From: a virus
Length of the DNA: 64,000 bases
IMG/VR virus record: IMGVR_UViG_3300045946_000018
Location: 27,272-91,271 of that record
Direction: 5' to 3' (one strand)
Shown here: piece by piece, positions 10,101 to 17,784 of the stretch
Numbering within the stretch: position 1 is the stretch's first letter
Layout: each line of letters begins with the position of its first letter
Made by a program: the position numbers and the translations under genes
The notes under the pieces: model-generated
What the model was told of the DNA's origin: nothing
What the model saw: only the letters and a program-made list of their open reading frames with translations
Databases searched by the model: none

Positions 10101-12722
10101 AGTAACGGATTTTATTTCAGTGAAACCAACATTCGTGACTACAGGACGGGTATATGCATAGTAAGCTGTATCCGCCGTACGTCTTGCTACATCTTCAGGC
10201 AGTCCCATACTGATAAGAGTTTGTCTCAGTTGTGATGGTCGCACTCCTTTACTAAAAGCATCCATGACGTCGGCCAGATTCATGCCTATTTGCTGCAGTG
10301 TTTCTTGAATTTCTTCTTTAAATGACTCTACATTCTTACGCACGGCGCGTTCTTCAAAAACGCTTTGTTCTGCTGCGGCACGTGATTCTGGAGTACTTGT
10401 CTCATATATAGGTCTACGAGTGGGCCTATTTATAAGAGGCTCTGTATCTGGCGCTTTCACTACCTTACGTTTACGTTTAGGCTTCTCAATGACAGGAGAT
10501 GTATCTATTACTGGTTCTGCAGGTGCAGGTATTTCTACTTCAGTTCCTGCCGGTGCGTTTTCTAGTACAGCTTCAGTTGCTGCTTGCTGAACAGCTGGCT
10601 TATTGACGGTATAATAACGAGTGTAATTACCTTGCTTTACTTGAGTTATACTACCTTCATTCAGAAGATTTTGAATTGCTTCATTAACTTCACTACGTGC
10701 AAACCCCACTCTATTTACTATAGCTTGTATTGTAGCCCCACCTTCCCGAGATAGAAAATCCCTCACTGCTCCACTAACATCTGAAACTGGCATTTCAGAT
10801 AGCTCAGATAAACTGCTCTCCACAATTCCTCTTTCAGACTTCGCAGCGCGTACTTTTTTAAGTTGTGGTATTAACTCCTGAATTGTTTCCTCATCTACAC
10901 CAAGCTGCCGTAATCCACGCTCTACGCTTTTCGCGTCAGTATTAAGAGCTTCACGTTTCAAGTTTGCTAACGACGTTTTACGATCAGCTGGACTTGTTTC
11001 CTCATTTTGAATTGCTTCTATTGCCGCGAACGCAGGCCCTCTATATTCAGTGCGAGTAGGAGTTATTACTTCTGGAGCCGTAGGCGATACCGCAGCTACT
11101 GCTGGAGTCTCGGGTGAAACTGGTGCTGGTACAGTTTCAGGAGCAACAGTAGCTGCAGCCTCAACACGTGGTGTTTCGATAGGTGCAATTTCACGAGTCG
11201 GTCTTGGTGCCTCAGGCGTAACAGGAGCTAAAGCTGTCTCACCTCGCACTACAACTTCAGGCTGCACTGGCCGCTCAGCAGTCATAGTTGGTGCTGCACG
11301 CTGAGGTTCAGGTGCGCGTTGAGCTTGAGGCTCAGCTGACCTTGGTGCTTCAGGTGTAGGAGCAGCAGGTCTTGCAGCTTCAGGCGTTGGTGTTGGGCGC
11401 GTAGGCTCAGCAGGAGCTCTAGGTGTACCTTGTGGTTTAGGTACGCGGCCTAAGCGCTCTCGTAAATCCGTCATGATACTGCCTCTATTTGGATCAGCTG
11501 CCCATTCATCCGTTACACGATCTAGCTCTGATTTGTACGCACGCAATTCAGCTGGATCATATACTATATCTGCAGCAGCTCCACCACCAGCTGGCCCTTC
11601 ATCCGGCGGCTTAGGTCCTCGTGGTGGCATGCCGACTTCACGATCAGCTTCATCTCTAAACTTTCCACGAGCTTCTTCAAGCGCGTTATTTAGTCGAGGA
11701 TTTTTTGATGCTGCATTCGCAAGATCTTCTGCAGCTGCTGCGGCTTGCGCGTCAGTTGTAGCACGTGACATACGAGTTTTGTATTCAGCAATCTTTGAGC
11801 GTATTTCTGGAGCAGCTTTGCGTACGCCCTGATCTAGCTTGTAGAATAGATAAAGTTCAGTGGCAAAGCTAAGCACTCGAGCTGTATCCTCGTTAAGTAC
11901 GCCTGTTGCCACAAGTGCGCGACCAGGTAGTTCAGCTACATCCTTAATTAAACCGGTTACAGTGCCTACAGCTTTATTTACGTTCTTTGCAATATCTGAG
12001 CGTGGTTCAGGAGTTAGTGACGTAATGCGCTGATCCATTCGGTTGAATATATCACGGTAATGAGTTTTACTTTCGGGCCCACCGGCCATTGGTCCGCCAC
12101 GTGCAACACGTGCAAGTTGAGTATTCAAAATATCGCTAACTGCAGTTGCAGCACCAAATGCAAATGCTCCAGCACCGGCGAGTACATTACCACCAGCTTC
12201 GGCAATATCGCGCACAAAATTCGTGGATCGTTGCAGCGTACCATATAATCCAGGAGAGTATTGTCGCGTCGGCGTTGCTCCTGGTGCTCCAGGCTGAAGG
12301 TCACGTCTGCTAGTATAACGCTGTGACTCTGGAGCTTGAGTAGGAACTGTGCGAATTCCACTAAAACTTCCAGTGCCGGTATATTCGCGTGTTGTATCTG
12401 GTACTAATTTTTCAGCTACCGATCCAATAGCTGAACCAACATCACTTGCTATTTTGCCAGGATCTATACTAGGTAGATAGCCAGAAATTCCTGTGCCTGA
12501 TGGTTCTGCAGGCGGCACGTATTGAGGCGGCAATTGACCAGGGCTGAGCCTCTGCTCAGCGGGTAAGCCGCTATTATAGTTATTTAATAATGCTTCATTC
12601 AAGTCCGGCTTCTTAGGAGCAAGCGGCGTTTTGCCTATTCCTAAGCGTCCAAGTAATTCTTCATTTTCTGGCTCACCTTGAAGAAGGTAGCGTTCTACGT
12701 CAATAGGTGCGACTGTTGACAT
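7185..12722 (-). CDS. Large putative internal virion / DNA-ejection protein (1845 aa)
   Basis: Last gene of structural operon; Pro/Ala-rich linkers; C-terminal ADD.V..TQGS...R...G....QFQTF shared with 54335-59521. Confidence 0.65.
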   Translation of the reverse strand: MSTVAPIDVERYLLQGEPENEELLGRLGIGKTPLAPKKPDLNEALLNNYNSGLPAEQRLSPGQLPPQYVPPAEPSGTGISGYLPSIDPGKIASDVGSAIGSVAEKLVPDTTREYTGTGSFSGIRTVPTQAPESQRYTSRRDLQPGAPGATPTRQYSPGLYGTLQRSTNFVRDIAEAGGNVLAGAGAFAFGAATAVSDILNTQLARVARGGPMAGGPESKTHYRDIFNRMDQRITSLTPEPRSDIAKNVNKAVGTVTGLIKDVAELPGRALVATGVLNEDTARVLSFATELYLFYKLDQGVRKAAPEIRSKIAEYKTRMSRATTDAQAAAAAEDLANAASKNPRLNNALEEARGKFRDEADREVGMPPRGPKPPDEGPAGGGAAADIVYDPAELRAYKSELDRVTDEWAADPNRGSIMTDLRERLGRVPKPQGTPRAPAEPTRPTPTPEAARPAAPTPEAPRSAEPQAQRAPEPQRAAPTMTAERPVQPEVVVRGETALAPVTPEAPRPTREIAPIETPRVEAAATVAPETVPAPVSPETPAVAAVSPTAPEVITPTRTEYRGPAFAAIEAIQNEETSPADRKTSLANLKREALNTDAKSVERGLRQLGVDEETIQELIPQLKKVRAAKSERGIVESSLSELSEMPVSDVSGAVRDFLSREGGATIQAIVNRVGFARSEVNEAIQNLLNEGSITQVKQGNYTRYYTVNKPAVQQAATEAVLENAPAGTEVEIPAPAEPVIDTSPVIEKPKRKRKVVKAPDTEPLINRPTRRPIYETSTPESRAAAEQSVFEERAVRKNVESFKEEIQETLQQIGMNLADVMDAFSKGVRPSQLRQTLISMGLPEDVARRTADTAYYAYTRPVVTNVGFTEIKSVTNLEPSAKASILPFKYTELISSAPIQVRTIEGRPDAIFVDTRGMNARTSLANIELEIQRGRTSPELGQVLKRSLQAQADFTGLPIERAHEFTGQELIREATRVAAENDLDLYVMKGRNYELVPKDVVRTDARLNSGDDLRAVPISKDAAGAYVESKTSPIGPEQIEEMLRAIEQGVDITDKLPADLIPHYKAMRESARAGIDTSERRAFIDILNDVNTMLGEEGAIGGNWSREARMAAQRLQADMRKAGKNVREFLFGARPEDVAMFERYLEGINNPEPPNSTNPRNMRFDPENVIPGDRVVKQRVASGNTYVPLWQSEVRGIQNARDIKPGGGEWNLKLPLRQHKAAGTEFLYYAYRTAQKNLNAELNTLHADMEELGRGFSSKSLENIGANGYARQGGDGQRILTYNKVTPQPLTSAERRLQANLDGVYAYLYNRVNEVRAATGREPLARVDDYQTFARTINVLNALGIKVDLARDTSDSVHAKYIKHRATNFPYIVRKHAFYTAEMNALKILDTYAQSALKDIHMSPFIAKMHELIETNLPDPVTGKETWQLKDNKPGLYEELRNWTDYIATGTNKQFTATQRMILNTVNKNVAYATLSGLIRSGTIQLSTLVNTSQTLGIPKTLGSAFEMLADLPLGKKKDFALRNSEILSSRKFIDAYNEVTSAFVGRRPGELFRALGRGNLAELQQMVGRPGFKLIELLDMEAALVTWNAGYKFATSPKVGYNHKDAVRYADDLVVRTQGSTMPGDLAGIQRNPLGKLVTQFQTFLISDFNFLRDEVLTKGKIGGGGGGQIPPGGVASGPGSWEEPGAPRSNMRFMRNVIGFLIITQIINELYKLLHIQPALPDPVEDVRKGMQARHSLPQLALDLAVGQIERLPIIGGMRYGKGIAGPAIETARDAARAYRNDPLSPPWWEPTATLLGVPGTRQISKFTRAQKRGENVYDSLMGWYSQEPTRGARRERSERRERR

Positions 12723-12731
12723 TTACGTTTC

Positions 12732-12898
12732 CTCTGCTAGCGGCATTTCTCCCTGCAGGTGCAAGAGAGTGTAGTTCCTTTGTGGAGAACCTGCTAGAGA
12801 AAAATGCGGGGCCATTTTTCTCTTGCAGAACCTCCAGTCGTCACAACACGGGAATTGCCCCTGCTGGGAAAATGCCATCGCGCCGGTAGCACAAGAGA
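12732..12898. repeat. Rod-like imperfect inverted repeat
   Basis: ggcattt/aaatgcc, gcagg/cctgc, gtagttcc/ggaattgc, agagaaaaatg/catttttctct nested stems. Confidence 0.7.
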
Positions 12899-12971
12899 GA
12901 TCAGCGGCACTAGGGCTCCCGTTGGTCGCAGCTTCATCTCCAGCTATGGTTAAAATCTAACCGTAACAATC

Positions 12972-14000
12972 TTACTCTTTGGGCCTGAGTTTCCAGGGTA
13001 TCGGCTGCTTTAAGCTTGGATAAAATACTTGCTCAAGGTATTGTTGCACGTTCATTGCGCCACTAGGGTAATTCTGAGCTGCGTCATAAACCTCTTGGGC
13101 CGTATAGCGATGACCATCTACAGTAGGCAAATCTATCTTCTTCATTCGAGTACCTGAATAGATGCGGCCAGGATTATCCTCAAAGATATACACGTACGGC
13201 TGTTTGCTTGTCGCATGAAACAGCTCAGCTTCAGGTGCTAATTCACTCTCATCGTACGAGTTCTGTAGTGCATAGCCACCAGGTCTCTTCGAGCGTAGAT
13301 TCTGTTCTGCATCTGTTGCTACTTTCATCTCAGTGCGAGCATCCGTGCGCGCTTTAGCTATTTTCTCTGCACGCTCTTTCTCGAGCTGCATCATCTTCTG
13401 TATATTCTCGTTACGCTCTTGAGCAAGTGTCATTCCTTTGGCTGAGAACTCCTGACCACCGATCTTCAGCTTTACGTATTCATCATTCTGTTTATCTAGC
13501 AGTGCAGCCTCTCTCGGATACAGTTGACGGATGCGCTCAGCATTGGCATTGCTGGCATTAACAGCTGCCATACTTTGCTCAATATTAGCTCGTATGTTCT
13601 GCTTCTCTAAACCGAGCAGCTCAGTAACGCGGTTTGATTGTGCTTGATACAGGCCTGTCTGTGCACGCTCCTGTGCAACGCGTTCTGGCAACAGTGTTTC
13701 GGTACTGATTCGCTGAGCACGACTCGCACCAGCTGCTTCACGTGACTGGTCAATATCCGCAAGCATCTTAGCGGCAATGTGAGGCTCTTCTGCACGTAAC
13801 CGTGCTGCCTGCGCTTTATTCAAATCACCTGAAGTTTCACGGTACGCAATCTCACTTTGTACATTACGTGCCTGTATAATGTCCTGCACGCTGCGTAGTC
13901 GCAGTGCTTCTCGTTCTGTGTCGAGTCGGCCCATAGCTGCAACCTGTTCTGGATTAAGCCCCGCAAGACTTCCACTTTCAAATCCTCCGGGGCTTAGTAG
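12972..14000 (-). CDS. Putative ejection protein, C-terminal part, probably reached by -1 frameshift from 13994-14554
   Basis: Frame open from the slippery site to ATG 13934; AGLNPEQ upstream of the ATG is conserved as AGLTPEQ in B. Confidence 0.7.
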   Translation of the reverse strand, partial: LLSPGGFESGSLAGLNPEQVAAMGRLDTEREALRLRSVQDIIQARNVQSEIAYRETSGDLNKAQAARLRAEEPHIAAKMLADIDQSREAAGASRAQRISTETLLPERVAQERAQTGLYQAQSNRVTELLGLEKQNIRANIEQSMAAVNASNANAERIRQLYPREAALLDKQNDEYVKLKIGGQEFSAKGMTLAQERNENIQKMMQLEKERAEKIAKARTDARTEMKVATDAEQNLRSKRPGGYALQNSYDESELAPEAELFHATSKQPYVYIFEDNPGRIYSGTRMKKIDLPTVDGHRYTAQEVYDAAQNYPSGAMNVQQYLEQVFYPSLKQPIPWKLRPKE

Positions 14001-14006
14001 AAAGGG
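13955..14006 (-). promoter_or_regulatory. -1 programmed ribosomal frameshift signal
   Basis: C CCT TTC (14006-14000) in frame 0 then 9-bp stem taagccccg/cggggctta with inner extension. Confidence 0.8.
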
Positions 14007-14554
14007 GCAATATCTAGTATGCTGGGATCACGTCTAGCTGCAGCAGTTCTTATTGGTGCTGGTGCATTAGTTACGGGAACTGGAGCCGTAGTAGCTGGAG
14101 TAATCACGGGTGCTGTCTGTGTACGTGCAGGTGGCTGAGCTGGTGCTACGTTAGTCGGTCTGGTTGCTGCAATGTCACGAAGCGTATTTGAGAATGCACC
14201 GTACTCCGGCGTGCTCGTAATATTTCGTGGCTCAGGCAAGTTGAGGTCGAATGTGTACGAGCCAGATGGCGTTGCCTTAACGCTGTTCAGACCAGGACGG
14301 TCTGGCTTCGTGATGCCACCGTGCAAGTCAATAAGCTGTTTAATTTGTGCTGATCGCGCCGCGTCGCGTTTCTCGATGGCAGATTGAGCGGCTTTACTGC
14401 TAATCATATTTGCAGCGGCGGTACCAATTACTCCACCTGCACCCTCAGGGTCCATTTGCCTACCCATGTTCGCGAGCAGTAACTGGAAGTTGGGATCACT
14501 TAACATACCGCTAAAACTCCACGGTTGCTGTGTGGCTGCTGAACCTTCTGCCAT
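13994..14554 (-). CDS. Putative internal virion protein (short frameshift product)
   Basis: MDPEGAGGVIG matches MDPRGAGGILG in 60760-61869; both end D..PF. Confidence 0.7.
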   Translation of the reverse strand: MAEGSAATQQPWSFSGMLSDPNFQLLLANMGRQMDPEGAGGVIGTAAANMISSKAAQSAIEKRDAARSAQIKQLIDLHGGITKPDRPGLNSVKATPSGSYTFDLNLPEPRNITSTPEYGAFSNTLRDIAATRPTNVAPAQPPARTQTAPVITPATTAPVPVTNAPAPIRTAAARRDPSILDIAPFY

Positions 14555-14617
14555 GATAAATTCCTTTGGTTAAAGTTTAACCACAACGCACCGACGCGCA
14601 GTATAGCGCGCCACTGA

Positions 14618-14769
14618 CTCTCTTGGTACTTCCCACCGCCGCAGCCTTTCCGATCGGGCCACCCATCCCTTCCACAGCGTAGGGTAGCGCTTGTCAAGCA
14701 TCCCAGCGGAGCGGATGCTTTACAAGCAAGCGTACCGAAGCGACAATCCCACGGGTGGCACGAGAGGAG
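14618..14769 (+). promoter_or_regulatory. Structured hairpin element, same family as 888-1055 (TTTACA 14719-24, 17 nt, GACAAT 14742-47)
   Basis: gcttgtcaagcatcc/ggatgctttacaagc stem, CCAGCGGAGCGG apex, gccaccc/gggtggc helix. Confidence 0.65.
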
Positions 14770-14777
14770 CTAAGGCG

Positions 14778-15083
14778 CTAAAACAATACATCGCCTACAA
14801 CTAGCGTACCCTTTGAGCTATGATCAGACCACGGATTAATTGCTACATATAATTGCCACCTGTATGTGCCAGCAATGTTCAATACTCCTGCCTCTACTAC
14901 GTACTCAACACGTCCGTCAGTTCCATCCGTAATATTAGTGAGCGGCTTTACTACCTGCGTGCCATCAGGCTTCACTAACTTTACTTGTTTAGAGCCAGCT
15001 GTAGATACGTCTAGTGTTTCACCATTATCTAGTACTGTCCAACGTAGCTTCACACCTACAGCATTTTTATGAATGTCGTACAT
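14778..15083 (-). CDS. Small structural protein (BppU-like beta fold)
   Basis: LVKPDG..TDGTDGRVEY....G.L..AG.Y; homologue 62063-62365. Confidence 0.6.
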   Translation of the reverse strand: MYDIHKNAVGVKLRWTVLDNGETLDVSTAGSKQVKLVKPDGTQVVKPLTNITDGTDGRVEYVVEAGVLNIAGTYRWQLYVAINPWSDHSSKGTLVVGDVLF

Positions 15084-15084
15084 A

Positions 15085-15363
15085 TTATAGCTCCACTAGA
15101 ACCAGCGGTTCTTTGAGAACCTCTGCAATAAGTTCTTTTTGTAACGAAACTGTTGCAGTTTCTTCTATCTGCACAGTGACAGCTGTGATGTAGTCTTTGT
15201 TTCTGCTTACATTTGCCGTCTCGTTTAACGCTTGAATAAAGTGCGCTGGCCCAAGCTCAATAATCTCACCGTATCCAACACCGGGCGTAATTAACGGAAT
15301 GAATCCACGCGTTACAATATGTGGTATTGATTGTAACTGAGTTACAATGTACTGAATAGCCAT
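15085..15363 (-). CDS. Hypothetical virion-associated protein
   Basis: N-terminus IVT.L..P..IVT.GF shared with 62349-62819. Confidence 0.6.
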   Translation of the reverse strand: MAIQYIVTQLQSIPHIVTRGFIPLITPGVGYGEIIELGPAHFIQALNETANVSRNKDYITAVTVQIEETATVSLQKELIAEVLKEPLVLVEL

Positions 15364-15905
15364 TAGCTAGTCCGTATACGCTGTGTTGGATTAAGCCCAT
15401 TATCCATCGTGAATATCATTGCGTCCGTTGTACCGTCAAGTCGTTTTGCTTTAATTAAGTTAGACTCAATAACAAACTGCGATAATGTAGACCACATCAT
15501 AAACAGCAATTGATCCCGAGTAGGAGCGGCTCCGTCGGCGGCATAAGATTCGGTTAATGCAGTAGTATTAAGTGCTCCAATATTTGTTAAGTCATTATTA
15601 GTAAGCATCACTGACGGTGCGTCAAAGAATACCGAACCATCACCCCACTCAAATTGTGGGTCGCTCCACAAAACAAGAATTTTGTCTGCAGTCATTTCAG
15701 TTGCAGACAATGACACGGTAATGCACCCGCTTCCTGCTGGCGTCTCGGTTGGTAGTGTTGTTAAATCAACTGGTGCTCCAGCGTCCTTACTTATCTTAAA
15801 ATCACCGGCAGCAATTGTAGGTGTTTTCTTTATACGGCCAGGAACAAGCGTATCTAAGAGCGTTATTCTAAATGAGTAAGCAACGCCGCGCTGTGGATTT
15901 GGCAC
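15363..15905 (-). CDS. Conserved phage structural protein
   Basis: High identity to 62862-63395. Confidence 0.75.
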   Translation of the reverse strand: MPNPQRGVAYSFRITLLDTLVPGRIKKTPTIAAGDFKISKDAGAPVDLTTLPTETPAGSGCITVSLSATEMTADKILVLWSDPQFEWGDGSVFFDAPSVMLTNNDLTNIGALNTTALTESYAADGAAPTRDQLLFMMWSTLSQFVIESNLIKAKRLDGTTDAMIFTMDNGLNPTQRIRTS

Positions 15906-15908
15906 TGA

Positions 15909-16136
15909 TTATTCCTTTCGGCGACAATCACGCACTAGTTCAACTTGCTTATCTAGGCACGTAATTAATTTCTCGTAAAAAGTACGGGATATTTCCTGCG
16001 AGCGATTAAGTGCTCCAATAAGCCACCAAACAACTATAGTACCCATTAGTAATAGTGTTAGCGATACTATAGGCCCGCCCTCACGTAGGACAGGAAGTAT
16101 AATACTTAACCATCCACGTGCTCGTTCTGGCTGCAT
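15909..16136 (-). CDS. Small membrane protein, holin-like
   Basis: Hydrophobic helix GPIVSLTLLLMGTIVVWWLIGAL; near-identical to 63398-63625. Confidence 0.55.
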   Translation of the reverse strand: MQPERARGWLSIILPVLREGGPIVSLTLLLMGTIVVWWLIGALNRSQEISRTFYEKLITCLDKQVELVRDCRRKE

Positions 16137-16390
16137 GACTTTAGTCTCTGTTGATAAGAACGCATAACTGCACGACAATTATCGCAGCGCGCATACGAGC
16201 CAGATACTTTAGCAATGGTGCATTGCACGCATAACTTAGCTCGTTTTAATTGCTTGTAACGTTTACGCTGATAAATTCGGTTATCCATTACGCAACGTTC
16301 GCACTTTCGATTTGAGAACAGCGATTTTCTACCACAATTAGCGCAGCGTTTCTGCCGTATATAAATAGCACGTTCGGCTGCTCTAGCCAT
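16106..16390 (-). CDS. Cys-rich basic protein (four CxxC, two putative Zn fingers)
   Basis: CANC, CERC, CVQC, CDNC; A-specific. Confidence 0.6.
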   Translation of the reverse strand: MARAAERAIYIRQKRCANCGRKSLFSNRKCERCVMDNRIYQRKRYKQLKRAKLCVQCTIAKVSGSYARCDNCRAVMRSYQQRLKSCSQNEHVDG

Positions 16391-16392
16391 AG

Positions 16393-17784
16393 TTAGTTTA
16401 CCTTACTGCAGATCATAGTAATTACACCTTTAGCGCCTAATTCGCCTGCACAATTAAGAATTAAATCTCCAGATGGTGGCGGTTCTGGTAAAGGTGTAGT
16501 ACCAAAAACATATGCGCCTAAATCAGGTGGCTGCGTGTAGGGCTGTCCTTGTACGTCACTTTCTACAGCAACAGTTATTCCAGCTCGTATCGCTGGCGAA
16601 TTTGATTTAAGTGTCAAATCTCCACTTGCAGAGTCGGTGTATATATTCTCTACAGGTGCAATTAGCGTAATACCAGTGTTACCACTTTTATCTGACATGT
16701 TGTGGTGATTTTTATCCGGGTTTGGTGATACGCCTGCAGAATTGCCCAGCGATAAATAAGCATTTTTTTGTTCAGTAATCAGATTATTTACTACTGTAAA
16801 TCCACTGCCATCTCCTGAAGTTGTCCAGATACCAGTAGGATCATCGTTCCATCCAGCTTCTTTCCATCCGTGAATTGTATTGTTAGCAATTAATCCGGAA
16901 CCTGATAGTGTAATTCCTGAACCGTTGTGTTCAAGTAGGTTTGATGCTACTGTACAATCTGATCCTGCACAGCGGATACCAACACTGCTATTGTGACGTA
17001 CTATATTACGCTCTATCTTTATTCGCGAAATTCCTCCGCCCTCACACGATACGTGAATGCCATAGTAAGAGCAATATTCTACGCGATTATCACTAATAAT
17101 TTGATCCGTACCGCACACGTACATTCCGTGCGGACAGCCACTTGGCGTAGGCTTATTGTCGCTATGGGGGCATTCTTTAAGTCCAGTGTGGTGAATATAG
17201 TTATGCGTAATAGTTAAGTATTTACTAGTACTGCCGCCCTTAATTTGACCATCGGCTAATTCATTTCGCGTTATAGTAACGTGCTGTGCATTGCCGATGT
17301 ATACACCACCAACAGAACCAGCATTACTATGACGTACTATTCTCAAACCCTCGACGTGAATAAACCTCGCGTAATCTAGTAACGTAATTGCCGAACCACC
17401 ACCAGGAAATTGTTTACCTGCTGGTGAAAGAACAGCATTTCCAGCCGCAATTAACTTAGTAGGCTGATCCGGATCTATACCATTAACTATTGGATAACAG
17501 GGTTGTTGCACAGCAGAATCACCACTAGAGCAGGCACGGCTATTAGATTGCTGCGAGATTAGCAATTCGTTGTACGTACCCGGGCCGATAATTAGCGTAT
17601 CTCCAGAAGATAAGCATTGTAAGCCAGCATTAATTGAAGCACGTGATGTAGCTGGATTTTTCGCTTGCTCGCATGTATGACTATCATTACCTCGTGGTTT
17701 ACGTGTTGCCTGTTGACTTACGTAATACGTTTCGTAGGCATATACTTCTGCTGATAAAAACAGTAGTAGTATAATGCTTATCAT
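16393..17784 (-). CDS. Right-handed parallel beta-helix protein with N-terminal signal peptide
   Basis: MISIILLLFLSAEVYA leader; repeated I..N.....GI strands; DLTLKSNSPAI.AG and PDLGAY tail typical of beta-helix proteins. Confidence 0.75.
   Translation of the reverse strand: MISIILLLFLSAEVYAYETYYVSQQATRKPRGNDSHTCEQAKNPATSRASINAGLQCLSSGDTLIIGPGTYNELLISQQSNSRACSSGDSAVQQPCYPIVNGIDPDQPTKLIAAGNAVLSPAGKQFPGGGSAITLLDYARFIHVEGLRIVRHSNAGSVGGVYIGNAQHVTITRNELADGQIKGGSTSKYLTITHNYIHHTGLKECPHSDNKPTPSGCPHGMYVCGTDQIISDNRVEYCSYYGIHVSCEGGGISRIKIERNIVRHNSSVGIRCAGSDCTVASNLLEHNGSGITLSGSGLIANNTIHGWKEAGWNDDPTGIWTTSGDGSGFTVVNNLITEQKNAYLSLGNSAGVSPNPDKNHHNMSDKSGNTGITLIAPVENIYTDSASGDLTLKSNSPAIRAGITVAVESDVQGQPYTQPPDLGAYVFGTTPLPEPPPSGDLILNCAGELGAKGVITMICSKVN

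Noticed and set aside
7569-12361. Numerous short antisense or nested ORFs inside long genes here and elsewhere
   Set aside because: Shadow frames of well-supported genes, not conserved between A and B
7185-12722. Giant proteins as virion RNA polymerases (N4- or crAss-like) reading the hairpins
   Set aside because: No DxDGD or T7-type polymerase motifs seen; the hairpins carry sigma70-type boxes. A remote fold cannot be excluded without structure prediction
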